Source: Octopus sinensis
Taxonomy: Eukaryota
Assembly (NCBI RefSeq): GCF_006345805.1
Contig: NC_043000.1
Span: 26,846,001 to 26,910,000, forward strand
Direction of reading: 5' to 3'
DNA: 64,000 nucleotides
The stretch's first letter is position 1. Each line of letters begins with the position of its first letter. The position numbers and the translations under genes are program-made. Of this stretch, positions 52,022 through 64,000 are shown in pieces. Under the pieces are notes generated by a model, which saw only the letters and a program-made list of their open reading frames with translations, searched no databases and had not been told where the DNA came from.

Positions 52022-54929
52022 GTATACATTATACTTATTTATATAATATGTGTGTGTTTATCTATATGTATAAACATAATGGTTGCAATGAAACTATATA
52101 TATATATATTTATATATATATATAGTAACATTGCAACCATTGAGCGGCGAGAAATGTGTATTTGCTAGGAGCGTTGATATAATTTTTCATCGGTCGGTCG
52201 CTTATAGAGAACGCTTCAAAATATAATTACAATAATTATCCAAGAAGCATATCTGCTCTATTTTCTCCATTAATTATCCGTATATACAGCAAATATTATT
52301 GCCTCGTACTAATCTTCAGCTTGGTTGAAGTTAATTTCTTTTTTGTTTCTTTATCATATATATTTTTTTCCCTTATTTTTTATTATTATTCTTTTTATTT
52401 TCATTTTGCAGTGATATTTGTTTTGTAGTGATTTCGTCGTTATGTCTGAAGCTGTTTATGTGAACGTCGCATCAGGTCACGTAATTTTAACATGTCTCTG
52501 AATATTTCCAACAAATGCTGTCCAATCTCGGTGCCAAAATGTCTGATGTTGTAATACAGATTCTCTTGGTATTCTTGTTTTATCGTTATATTTGCTTCGT
52601 CAGATTAGATGGAATATTTAGACGCGACTGATTAATAATAATTAAATAAAACTATTAATGTGTGTCACTCATGGGAATATAAAGTCCTAATTACTTTCCA
52701 AAGACCTGTATTTTTCGAGCCCTATGATTATATATAATTTTCTCTACCTATAACCAGTTCCGGTAGGGACTCTACTGGAGCTAATCCTTTTAATGTTTCT
52801 TTATATGAGTTATTCACATTCACGGTGGCACCACAACAAATGAACTAAGATTGATTTCATGGGAGAAAGAACCAACTGCTTATCATTCTTAACCACAGCA
52901 TGTATGGCGACAAATAAACTGTTACTTCCTAGAACGGTTTCCAGATGGGCAAAGAGAAAACATTTTAAGCGGCTGAAACACAAGTTTTATATCACTGAGG
53001 CATATCACTGTGACAAACAGGAGTAACCCTTTTCAGGACTTACTCCAAAGAGTCTTCGTCCCTCCAAACATCACAGTCTCCTAACCGTAGCAAATTAGCA
53101 CCTCACCCTTCTAATGAAATGAATGGCTGCAATTTAGTAAAGATATGAATAACATCATTAAAGTTTGGTGTAGCCAAAATGACACTCAACAAACGGCTGT
53201 ACTTCTCTTCTATCTACGTAATATATGAATGTTGCACAGAACCACACTCTGCGCAACACATATTGAGGTCCTCCTATATCAGGAAATATAAACTTACACT
53301 GTGATTTCTTAGGTCTCTCTCAAGTCCTAGGATCATAAGACCGGACCTTAACTTGCCGGAGGGTGTATTTAAATGACTGAGATTTCAACACACTCCGTCA
53401 GTATTTTGGTGAAGAACACAGAGCACAGTCCTGTCCTGAAATCGAAACAGCGGCCTTAACCACTAGCCCACGCGCATCTATGTAATATAAAATGACAAGT
53501 CAAAGGAATGTGTTTACTCTTGGTTGAAAACAAAGTTAGCCAAAAGTCATGTCGATTCCATTGTAAAAAGAAACCTTTTATTTTCCGTCAGGTAGTACAT
53601 CATTCTACCCGAACACAAATTTCCCTCATGGTGGAATCTTATCCAAAAACAGTGAATCTTTGTTTCTTAAATTATTGATATTTTCTCATTTATTGGTGTC
53701 CGTTTATAAAATTATTAGACTCATATGGGCTTGGAAAAGAAATATTTAGAGGCTCTACGTACTCTGCCCTTGCTAAGGGAGACGAATCATCCGCAAAGAA
53801 TGCAAAAGGCCCTTAAGCAGATCCGGTGAGCGAAACCCCTTGAAAACAGCATTTATGGAGGACCTTACCATCACAGCAACATTAATCCTTTGGGGGTAAG
53901 GAAGTTCATACCAGAAATCAAGAGAAACTCGTTACCTTGGAAGAATGAGTTTAAAACTTACCGTGTCAAGATCAACAGTGCTGAAGAAGGGGAGACACGA
54001 AGTACCTAATAAGTTCAGGATACACCATTGAAGATGTACCACAGTTCAGGCAGGATATATATCTTGCACACGAATGTGTGTATTCATGCATGTATGCTTG
54101 TATGTATTTACACATATCTAAGTGTGTGTATGTGTGTGTGCGTGTGTGTGTGTGTGTATGAATCAATATGTGTTTAAGTGTGTGTACATGGAGTGAGTGT
54201 GAATTAGTAGTCATACTGGCTCCGGATGTAGCCATTAGTTTGCGTTTGACAAAGACAGATTATAAAGCTCAGTCAGAGAGCAGACACAGAATGTGTAGAG
54301 GAAAGGGCAAGTTATTAACCATATCCTACTCTAGCACAACATGTATATAAACGCAAACAAATCTCTTTCTGTTAAATAGAACAATTGGATGTTAACCAAG
54401 TTTGTGGATTTGAGCAAGTGAAAAGTGGTACGAACACAAACCAAACGGTGTGAATTTGAATGATAATTAGAAGATTTTTATGGAAATTCTCCATAATGAT
54501 TGATAATACTATTTGAGCAAGTAGACCAGATGGTATCATATAAATTACTCTTATACCACACCTAATTCCAAACTAGAGAAACAGCCACTTCTAGAAAAAT
54601 TTACACTCAATCACCCTCTCCTTATGTGAGAAATTATATCGATAAGTTGACGGTAAGAAATATTTGTTTAGCCATTTCTTTTCTATCTACAAGAGTAATG
54701 CATGCATATAAACCATTATCAGATATATTTCCAAGTCTGTCCGCTCATATCTACTAGATTTAACCTTATTTTGATAGATTTTGATATTTCCGTTGTGGAC
54801 ACATCTCTTTCTGAAAGGCCTTATCGTCCTTTTACCTCCTTTAACGTTGAAACGTAACACATTCTCTACTAATTACCGCAATTTGAGAATATGAAAGAGT
54901 CGACGTATATCTGGTAAATAGATTTGGTG

Positions 54930-55290
54930 CGTCACAAACATGGCTGCCTGGTAAACAAGCACACTTCGCAACCCCACACTTTCGAGTTCAGTCCCGCTGC
55001 GAAATACCTTCTTTTACTACATCGCGGGCCAATTAACAAACTTGTGAAGGAAATTGCAAGACGAGAACTGCGTGCATGAGCGTGTGTATGTTTTTGTGTG
55101 TATCATCTCACAATACTTGTCTATCGCTGTTGGTTTGTTTACGTCCCCATAATCTAGCAGTTCAGCAAAGGGTCTGATTGAATAATCTTAAAACTAAGTA
55201 CTAGGATCTAATTATTCGATTAAATCATTGAAGGTGGTGCCCCAATATGCTTGCAGTCCAATGACTAAATCTAGTATAAACTAAAGATAC
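54930..55290 (+). mobile_element. Degenerate SINE family A
   Basis: gagttcagtcccgctgcg...; ttggtttgtttacgtccccataatctagcagttcagc...; gaaggtggtgcccc...cagtccaatgactaaa. Confidence 0.65.
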
Positions 55291-55616
55291 AAATAAAAAA
55301 TGCTGTACACTAATTACAGCCCCGCCACATATATACATGCACAAACACCCATGCTTTCATACATGGCAGCAGCCGACTCGTAATCGAATAACAATTCTTA
55401 AACCCATTAAAATCTGGGAAACATCTCACACTTGGTTTCCCCATTGCTGATGATGTCACATATTGCTCTTGAGGCCTGCAAAGGACCTACAAGTCATTCC
55501 ATACCGATGACAAGTCAGATTGTCTGCAATAGCTGACCACTGGCTGATGCACACATTCTGATGTACAAGGCATACCAGAGTTCATATTGAATGTCACATT
55601 AGTGAACGACGATGCT

Positions 55617-55725
55617 CCGTGACAACGCCTGTAGTTTTGTAGGCCTGCCTTTGAGAAACAGACACGTCTACACTGGTCACACGAATGAGAGCTGTTGGTG
55701 CGTTTCTCAGGCTGAGAGTTCACAT
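55617..55725 (-). mobile_element. RTE-type LINE extreme C-terminus
   Basis: SHSCDQCRRVCFSKAGLQNYRRCH matches the RTE/BovB terminal motif C..C.R.C.S..GL..H.R.H. Confidence 0.65.
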
Positions 55726-56069
55726 ACATATGTGCACAACATACAAACATACATATGTACACTGACTATGAATTTTCATTTCTACCTATTATCATAAGTG
55801 CATTAGATTATGTACCAACAGATTTGCACAACAATCTAGAAACACTTGGTTTCACGGGAAAAGAGGAAAATAAACTGACAAATTCTCCAAACCCAATCCA
55901 TTAGTGGAACAGTGAAGATTTGTAAAATTCCAGAAATTTTCCATGTGAGACGCTTACGTGAATATATGCACACACTTAGGTGTAAGTATCGACAGTTAGA
56001 GCAACACATCTACCCAGTCACACATTTTTTTCTTATCTAGGCACACATTATTTTCTACTCTAGGCACAA

Positions 56070-56432
56070 GGCCCGAATTATTATTATTATTATTATTTTC
56101 AAGGTGGAGCGGGGCAGTACGCAACTGTTAAGTAATTTATCGACCCTGAAAGGATGAAAGGCAAAATTGACCTGAGCATCTCGCCCGGTATGCTAACGCT
56201 TCTTATTTCTCTATTGCTCATAAGGGGCTAAACATAAGGGGGCAAACAAGGACAGACAAAAGGATTAAGTCGATTACATCGACGCCAGTACGTAAATGTT
56301 ATTTAATTTATCGACCCTGAAAGGATGAAAGGCAAAGTCGACCTCGGCGGAATTTGAACTCAGGACATAAAGACAGACGAAGTACCGCTAGGAATTTCAA
56401 CCGGTGTGCTAACATTTCTGCCAGCTTGCCGC
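56070..56432 (-). mobile_element. SINE family B (56203-56432) preceded by a deleted family B-like copy
   Basis: Reverse complement of family B; the upstream piece carries an alternative tail (taggcacaaggcc). Confidence 0.82.
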
Positions 56433-56650
56433 TCTAACTTAACCACATACTGACAACGACTGAGAACTCTCTTAACCCCAAATGTCTGGTTGCTTTGTTA
56501 GCAACTGGCTTGAACTCTATCAAGAAATTAGCTGAAACACAAAGAAAAACACATACATGCCTAGATGTATACATACATACATGCATACATACATATATAC
56601 ATTCATGCATACGTGCATACATACATACGTAGTACATATATATATATATA

Positions 56651-57050
56651 TATACTAAGCAATAAAGGGTTTAGCAACGAATTGCCTTACCACATACCGA
56701 ATTTAGAAATAGCAGTCAAAGGGTTATAGCTATTTCTTCTACTAAAAGGGAGATCTCAGTAAAAACAGCAATTGGAAGGCAGACACAAACAGGTAAGAGA
56801 GAATGAATAGACGGCAATCTATCATACAATTTTAAGTTATCTACGGACGCACGTTTCGAAATCAAGTTTTTAGGAAAGCATAAGAATTAAATATTAAATA
56901 ATTCTACCTTACCCAAACTTCTTTTCTCTTCAGCGTAGAATACTATAATCATAAATGATTATATATTGAATTTTGAGATACTAGAAGGCACCAACTCAAC
57001 TCAGTATCAGAGCGAGCTAGAACCCGCAAATAGTATCACCAAATTCAAAG
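56651..57050 (-). mobile_element. Penelope-like pseudo-LTR remnant ending in (TA)n
   Basis: Hammerhead at 56841-56938; terminus 56651-56741 nearly identical to 15719-15798. On the plus strand FEILEGTNSTQYQSELEPANSITKFK (about 56971-57048) only weakly resembles a GIY-YIG C-terminus. Confidence 0.55.
56841..56938 (-). ncRNA. Type I hammerhead ribozyme motif with long stem II
   Basis: RNA: (U)CUACG-CUGAAGA-GAAA[61-nt irregular hairpin]UUUC-GAAA-CGUGCG-UC^CGUAG(A). Canonical core, 6-bp stem I, GUC triplet. Confidence 0.78.
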
Positions 57051-57153
57051 TGTGAATGAAAAGATTGTGTCACCAGCCCCTAGGGAGAGTTTACGAAAAA
57101 GACAAAAGATGAAGACAGGTGGTGGACAAAGTCATGTCTAAAGAATATATAAT

Positions 57154-57169
57154 TCTGTATATATATATA

Positions 57170-57202
<33 letters not shown>

Positions 57203-58148
57203 ACTGAGAATGTGTGTCTGTCTATCTGTCTGCCTGTCTGTCTGTCTGTCTGTGTGTTTCTCTAAAACTTCAGGACTACACAACCAATTTCATTCAAATT
57301 TTACACATGCCTTACTTAGGGTCCATGTAGTTTAATGGGCCAAAAAAAAGATGTTCAACTTCTTGCCTAGAGTGAGCCCATAGCAATATCATATCTTCTC
57401 CACTATTTCAGTATTACGTGTTAAAAGTGTAACAAAAACATTTCTCTATTTTATGTCAGATATTTTCACTTTAACAATAAAAACAATAATAACAAGTGAA
57501 TTATATGTAGTAAGTAATAATTAAAATGAGACTAAAGTATAATATAATCGTAACATAACAAACGTAAAAATAGCAATTGGTATAAAATTGCATGAATGAC
57601 TTGAACTTGAATAAGTGGTTTCACATGAATGGGAATAAATTAAATATAAAATTAGCGTGCAGAAATGGAATAGTCCAGATGGATAATAAAAAATTAAATT
57701 AAAGAATAGACTATTATCTATAAAGTATACAATGTAGAGAAAAAAGAAGATTTGAACACATAGAGGAATGCACCTTCGAAATGTGTCTTGGTGCAACTAT
57801 GAAAGATATCTATTCAAAAGCGGTAAATTCGCCACAATAGAAACAAGGTTCAAGTCAACGGAGCTTGCAAGGGAGTACTCGACTCGAACTTGTAAAGTGG
57901 AAATATCTTATCTTTACCTTTATATCTGGGACGTAGGACGTCCCGGGAAAAGATTAAAAACGCCTCCTCCCCCCCCAGAAGTAGAGGTAGGCTGGATTGT
58001 AGCCACACTTCTATACAAGAGGGAGGACAAGATACAATTCATCGAAATTACAAGAGACGGGCTAACGAATCCAGTCTGTTATATATTTTGAGTATTGTTA
58101 TCACTAGCGATATCAAGATATAACTTTGTATTTTGTATTTTATGTGTA

Positions 58149-58200
<52 letters not shown>

Positions 58201-58294
58201 ATATCTAGATGTACATGTAATATGTACACATATATATACACATATATACATGCACTAGCACTATGACCCGGCAACGACGGGTCTTTAATGCTAG
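57154..58294 (+). mobile_element. Putative non-autonomous Helitron-like element (about 1.1 kb)
   Basis: 5' TC-(TA)n-actgagaatg-(TGTC)n start; 3' hairpin GACCCG-gcaacga-CGGGTC (58265-58283) then CTAG (58291-58294). That the two ends belong to one element is inferred. Confidence 0.5.
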
Positions 58295-58298
58295 TATG

Positions 58299-58370
<72 letters not shown>

Positions 58371-59701
58371 TATATATATAATATATATATATATACAGAA
58401 TTATATATTCTTTAGACAGGACTCTTGAAACTAAAATGATAATCTGGTCTACTAAAACTGTTTTACTCTGAGTAAATAAATAAATAAATGAATAAATAAA
58501 TAAGTAAATAATCGTATGAATAAATAAATAACAACACTTGGTATCCAATCGATGAGTCAACGCATTTTTAACAGTCACGCACGTATAGAATATAGCAAGT
58601 GTTGTAAAGTTTGTGGTTGGTTTCTTGTATCCTATATCTGTGGATCTCAGTCAGAACTGTTTTATATGCGTTCCTATTACTCTGGGGAATATCATGAATG
58701 TCAAAACACCCATATTCCTTGTCGATTATGTATAAACCGTCATGTCTATATTATAATAACCGAAGAAAGTGCAAGCCACCTTGATGGCGAGATATATATC
58801 ACAAGGGATCTAAACATATATAGTATATCTGATGGAATAGAAAATAATGTTTAATGGGAAAATGTACAGTATATATACTGGTAAGGAGTATATATATTAC
58901 TTAATGTGACCGAAGGAATGAATTTTGTCAGCCTATATACACAGTGTGTATCATAACAACATTAAATATACTTTATGATGGGGTCTATATTCTTCAATAT
59001 GTTATTTGTTTACTGTCTCCATTTGTTAAAATATGGTGGAGCTAGTGCGCTACATTCCAGGGTGTAAGTCAATATTTCTATCTCAATAGGTAAACGGGGG
59101 TGAAAGTGGATGGCCTAGTGTTTCGCATGTTGCAATTACGATAGCAATATCGTGGCTTCGATACGTAAATTATTAAGTCTTTGACGGGCTGACGTCGCGT
59201 CCACGGCGAATGTTGTGATCTTGGTCACTTGTACAACATGGACACCAGGTGACGTGTGTTATGAGTCATAAGACTCGACACTGTACATTACTACTTTACT
59301 TAGTACCGTGCCTTAGTACGGCTTGATATGTCAAAATGTATTTTCTATGACATCCTTTTATAATAATCCGTTCTACTACAGGCAACAGGTCTGAAAGTTG
59401 GGGAGAGGGTAAATCGATTAAATCGACCCCAGTACGTGACTGGTGTTATTATTCGGGTAACAGAATTATCCAGTTCTTACGACAGTAATCCGTATGCATT
59501 GATATTCATTTGAAAATGTCTCAGCATATATACATATACGTATGTATGTATTTATGTATGTATGTATCTTTGTATGTATGTATGAATGTATGTATGTATG
59601 TATGTATGTATGTATGTATGTATGCATGCATGCATCCATGCACGCATGCATGTATGTACCTATGTATGTATGTATATATGTATGTATGTGCAGATTTATA
59701 T

Positions 59702-60062
59702 TTAAATGATAAACTTCTGGGAAATTTTACAGATTCATACAGTTCCAGTGATGGATTGGACCTGTAGTCTTCGAATTAGGTTTCTCCTATCTGGTTTTCA
59801 GAAGCCTAATTTCTCAAGATTGGTATTTAGGCAGCATGTTACGTATTCCAGGGCCCCAATCATTACAGGTATAAAGAGTAACTGCAGACTTCTCAATAGT
59901 TCAGCATAGGTGTTCTCGTTTTCACATATCTTCAGCTTTATGTTAACATCCGCTGGACAGCTAATTTCCACAACTGTGCACATTTTCTCTTCTCTATCCC
60001 AATCATTATATAAGGCCTATTTTGTTTACATTTTATTGAGGTCTTCACTTGGAAATTCCAGG
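59702..60062 (-). mobile_element. 3' end of a restriction-like-endonuclease (RLE) non-LTR retrotransposon (R4/NeSL/HERO-like group)
   Basis: WNFQVKTSIKCKQNRP.IMI / CTVVEISCPADVNIKLK...YAELLRSLQLL..FIPVMIGALEYV...LEKLGF*KPDRRNLIRRLQVQSITGTV*ICK..KFII* follows the RPD...E...P...K...IP..IGALG pattern of the RLE domain. Confidence 0.82.
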
Positions 60063-60477
60063 GGGCGCTGATGCTGGCAGAACCTGTAGAGCGTCGGTTA
60101 GAATGTCTTTTACCATTCGCTCTGTGACTTCGGTTAAATTTCACTGCTCTGCAGGTTTCGACCTTTCACGTACTGAATTCAAATCCTTGCCTAGTCGACG
60201 TTGCATATCGGTACATTGAAATACCAGTCAAATACCTGGGCAATAATTTCTACTAAACTCCGCCTACATGTTGTCAGCGCTGTGTCTGTGTTTGACTCAC
60301 GTACAACTTTTATTTAATTGAGAGTTGTGGTAGAATTGCGATATCGCTTGAACGTTTGATGAAACGCTAAGTCGTATTTCGTTACTGGCCTTTACATCCT
60401 CCTTTCAGATCCCGCGAGGCTAAATTTGTCTGCCATTCTTCTTCGATCGGGTTTTGCTCAAGAGCACGAAAGCTTTA

Positions 60478-60552
60478 CTCAGTTTCTCCAGGAATTAAAA
60501 CCATGATCTTGGAATCGTAAGTGTAGCATTCTAACCACAAGCCACGCGCATT
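60478..60552 (-). mobile_element. tRNA-like SINE head of a fourth family (related piece at about 53380-53478)
   Basis: Reverse complement gcgcgtggcttgtggttagaatgctacacttacgattccaagatcatggttttaattcctgg has A/B-box-like spacing. Confidence 0.45.
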
Positions 60553-60570
60553 CGTATTGAATAATTAACA

Positions 60571-60826
60571 GTAGGAGTGGCTGTGTGGTAAGTAGCTTGC
60601 ATACGAACCACATGGTTCCGGGTTCAGTCTCACTGCGTGGCACCTTGGGTAAGTGTCTTCTACTATAGCCTCAGGCCGACTAAAGCCTTATGAGTTGATT
60701 TGGTAGATAGAAACTAAGAGAAGCCCGTCGCATCTATGTGCATATATATATATATATTATATATATATATATATAAAATTGATATATATATAAAATTGAT
60801 TGATTAATTAATTTTACCCTCAATTG

Positions 60827-60894
<68 letters not shown>

Positions 60895-61103
60895 ATGTTT
60901 GTATGCCTGTGTTTGTCCTCCCAACCTCGCTTGACAACCGATGCTGGTGTGTTTATTTCCCCGAAAAAAAAAAGCGATTCGGCAAGAGAGACAGATAGAA
61001 TAAATACTAGGCGTACAAAGAATAACTCGTGGGGTCGATTTGCTCGACTAAAGGCGGTACTCCAGCATGGCCAAAGTCAAATGACTGAAACAAGTAAAAG
61101 AGT
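60571..61103 (+). mobile_element. SINE family A, complete, with expanded internal microsatellite
   Basis: Head 60571-60731, (TA/TG)n to about 60900, tail to 61103. Confidence 0.9.
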
Positions 61104-61548
61104 AATTAGTCACAGGATATTAAGAAATGCTTAAGAAGACATACATGAATTGAATGTAAAATGTAAATATTTTGTTGAGTATCTGTTCTAATTAACTTAA
61201 TAACAATATGCTTAACAAGTGAACATGTTAAACACAATGTTTCCAAAGAGAATTTTTCTATATCTATCCATACACACCCGCGCGCGTACAGCGCACACTT
61301 ACATACACACAGCTGTAAATATATACAGGTCTTAATGTATTCTTAATCGGTGTACCATATCAAAACATCTGTTTGTATTATCTAAAGCATTATCTTTATG
61401 CACCTCCCTATCTTCCTATTGTCATATTACACCATTTTCTCCCTCACTCATTCTCACACTCTTAATAGAATTACGCAAGAATATTCTACCGGTCTGTATG
61501 TCTGTCTGTCTGCCTCTCTGTATGGCTGTCTATATGTTTGTCACTCTG

Positions 61549-61594
<46 letters not shown>

Positions 61595-61603
61595 GTATGT
61601 ATG

Positions 61604-61646
<43 letters not shown>

Positions 61647-62014
61647 AGGTATGTATACACAAACATATTATATTATATATTTATATATGAATGTCGTGAA
61701 GTATATTTGCCACTTAAATGTGGCTAACCCTCAAGGGTTGATGCTACTGTAGCTTATAGTACCAGGAAGACATCTCCAGCTGGCCATTGACACACTTTCT
61801 GTGCCCGATCATTATTTGCAAAGAGATACACACACATATAGATATATATGTGTGTGTACTATTATATGTGTGTATAGTACGAATTATGGCAGCTACTGGT
61901 GAATTTAGAGCTTCACGGTTGAAAGGCATATCTCCCTCTTCTGATACTTCTTTATGGAGCGTTTGATACATACAGAGACAGACAGACACACACACACACA
62001 CACACATGAATATA

Positions 62015-62249
62015 TATTTCTTTACTACCCACAAGGGGCTAAACACAGAGGGGACAAACAAGAACAGACAAAGCGATTAAGTCGATTCCATCGACCCCAG
62101 TGCGTAACTGGTACTTAATTTATCGACCCCGAAAGGATGAAAGGCAAAGTCGACCTTGGCGGAATTTGAACTCAGAACGTAACGGCAGACGAAATACGGC
62201 TACGCATTTCGCCCGGCGTGCTACCGTTTCTGCCAGCTCGCCGCCTTCA
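62015..62249 (-). mobile_element. Young SINE family B with TSD
   Basis: Near-identical to 8749-8979; flanked by CACACACATGAATATA at 61999-62014 and 62250-62265. Confidence 0.92.
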
Positions 62250-62967
62250 CACACACATGAATATAGTTAAGTGTGTTGTGTATGTTGTGTGTATGGTTGT
62301 GTGTGTATGGTGGTGGTGTGTGTGTGCATTAATGTAGAAGTAAAATGATATTCAACCATGGTGTGCGTTTGTGATTGTGTTGTAGAGTCCTGGACACAGA
62401 TTTGGCTTACAGCAAATTTGCTCTTGATCTGCATTGCTGTTTACTCGCGAGCTCTAATGTTGTACAAGGTAACACATTTGTCATGATTGAGGTGTGATAA
62501 TAATATAATCGATTAATCTCCTGGTGTTTCTAACAAGTAAGTATATCATATATCTCGGAGAATAAAAAAATTCGCTCAATATTCGAATCTGTAAAGTCAA
62601 ACAATGCATATAAATACAACGTCTGCTCTTAAATTCACCGTTGTCTCTGGTATTGCAAATAATGGTGAAATTGCGTTTTTGTAAATGAAGTATGATACAC
62701 TTGGCTGAACTGAATCCATTCTACCCTGACTAACTTTTATTTCATTCTGAATGAAATAATGAAATGCAGTCACCATAAGTATCGGATAAATTTGTAAGTA
62801 GAACGCACCAGCAGAAAGCGAATCATACAGAAACCCCATGTTTGAGGCATTAGTTATCTTTGACTTGAGTTTGGTGATATCGAACTTTGAACTAACTGAA
62901 TTAGATTTGGAGCGATTATTGCGCAGCGGATTTTTTGGTTATAGTATTTTTCTTATATGGAAAATAT

Positions 62968-63279
62968 AAACAATTGCAGGGTGGAAGGTGCTTATAAGCC
63001 ATTAAAAAAAAACACTCAAAAACCGTTAGATTCACTTCAACATTTCAATATAATTTGCCAAAATATTTTCGTCGCTTTGAAACCGCGACCTGTTCACTGG
63101 AAAAATTTCGTGCTGCACCTCAAAATTCCATGCAGCACGGAATTTTGTGATTGAACATGTCGCGGTTTCAAAGCGACGAAAATATTTCCACAAATGAAAC
63201 TGAAATGTCAAAGTGTAGCGAACGGGGTTTTTTTTTGTGTTTTTAAATGGCTTATAAACCTTTCACTCTGCAATTGTTT
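62968..63279. mobile_element. Fold-back MITE-like palindrome (312 bp)
   Basis: Imperfect arms of about 150 bp with a 13-nt loop; the core aaatattttcgtcgctttgaaaccgcgac / gtcgcggtttcaaagcgacgaaaatattt is perfectly complementary. Confidence 0.75.
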
Positions 63280-63722
63280 TTGTTTGGGCACACGATCTCA
63301 GAAAAGGTCACTTGCTATGCAAGTACATTTTCGTAATTCGGAAAATATAAAGTTATTGAAATAAGGATTAATTTGCCGTCTCACAGTCTTTAACATATTT
63401 TCTCGAACTTTTTCCTTAAGGAGCTGCATTAATTGTGGCTTCTGCAATTAGGGAGGAGACGCGACTTGGTTTTCTTGCTTTCGTTTCTTTCTTCCCGTTC
63501 CATTTTTTTTCCATCAAACTTCCTCTCGTTTTTCTCCTCCATTTCTTTTTCTTATTCTCTTTGTGTCCAGCAACCTTGTTTTTTTTTTAATATGTATATA
63601 ACGCATAAACAGAGCATGAAACTTTTCTTGGAGATACATGGCGTATTTTATGAATACGCCTACTTTTTAGTGTCATAAAGGCATGAAACGATTTGTAGCT
63701 CTTTTGGTTGCATGTTAAATTG

Positions 63723-63788
<66 letters not shown>

Positions 63789-63821
63789 ATGTGTGCACGC
63801 GGGAATCTCACTCTCTCTCTG

Positions 63822-64000
63822 TCAAGTAGTTGACTACTATGATGGAATTTTAGACTGGTGCATTGTTCTGGTGCAGGATCGCTGGTCGTTTGTGATGAAA
63901 TCTCTTCTTGAATCCACCCCACTTAAAACCTCCACAAAGTACTCTATTTGGTCGTCTGACCAGAGGGCATCCAGTGGCTGCAGATGATACCCTTACCATC
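63822..64000 (-). mobile_element. Mariner transposase fragment (runs off the window end)
   Basis: DGKGIICSHWMPSGQT...EYFVEVL...RPAILHQNNAPV*NSIIVVNYLTE matches mariner D.KGII..HW.P.GQTI..EYY.EVL...HQDNAP.H.S..V..YL. Confidence 0.8.

Noticed and set aside
53726-54010. Long nearly open plus-strand frame, and a possible 19-nt minus-strand microexon (cttcttcag...cacg/gtaagt)
   Set aside because: Internal stop and no recognisable homology; isolated splice-like motifs are expected by chance in 64 kb.
58552-58854. 100-aa ORF with CxxC motifs
   Set aside because: Cys/His spacing fits no zinc-finger or piggyBac cysteine-rich domain I recognise, and there is no splice or homology support.

Overview
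AT-rich, microsatellite-saturated eukaryotic DNA with one 100-N scaffold gap (33551-33650). No protein-coding gene could be identified. Nearly all ORFs in the supplied track are translations of simple repeats or fragments of transposons. The repeat content makes an octopus/coleoid intron or intergenic region likely; this is inferred from recall of such repeats, not from a search. That content is three tRNA-derived SINE families in many copies, RTE, CR1-group and RLE-type LINE fragments, a decayed full-length Tc1, a mariner fragment, non-autonomous Helitrons, a fold-back MITE and a tRNA-Glu pseudogene. The most interesting signal is invisible in the ORF track: a set of type I hammerhead ribozyme (HHR) motifs inside short inverted-repeat, (TA)n-flanked elements resembling Penelope-like (PLE) pseudo-LTRs or non-autonomous retrozymes. 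Two unrelated HHRs at 16.0-16.5 kb both carry the compensatory core UUGAAAA (U3-A8 instead of C3-G8) with palindromic stem III, as in dimer-cleaving minimal HHRs. Another at 56.84-56.94 kb has a canonical core with a 69-nt stem II. Decayed or partial HHR motifs sit in further inverted repeats at 28.7-29.05 kb and 40.7-40.9 kb. All folds were derived by hand, and catalytic activity is untested.
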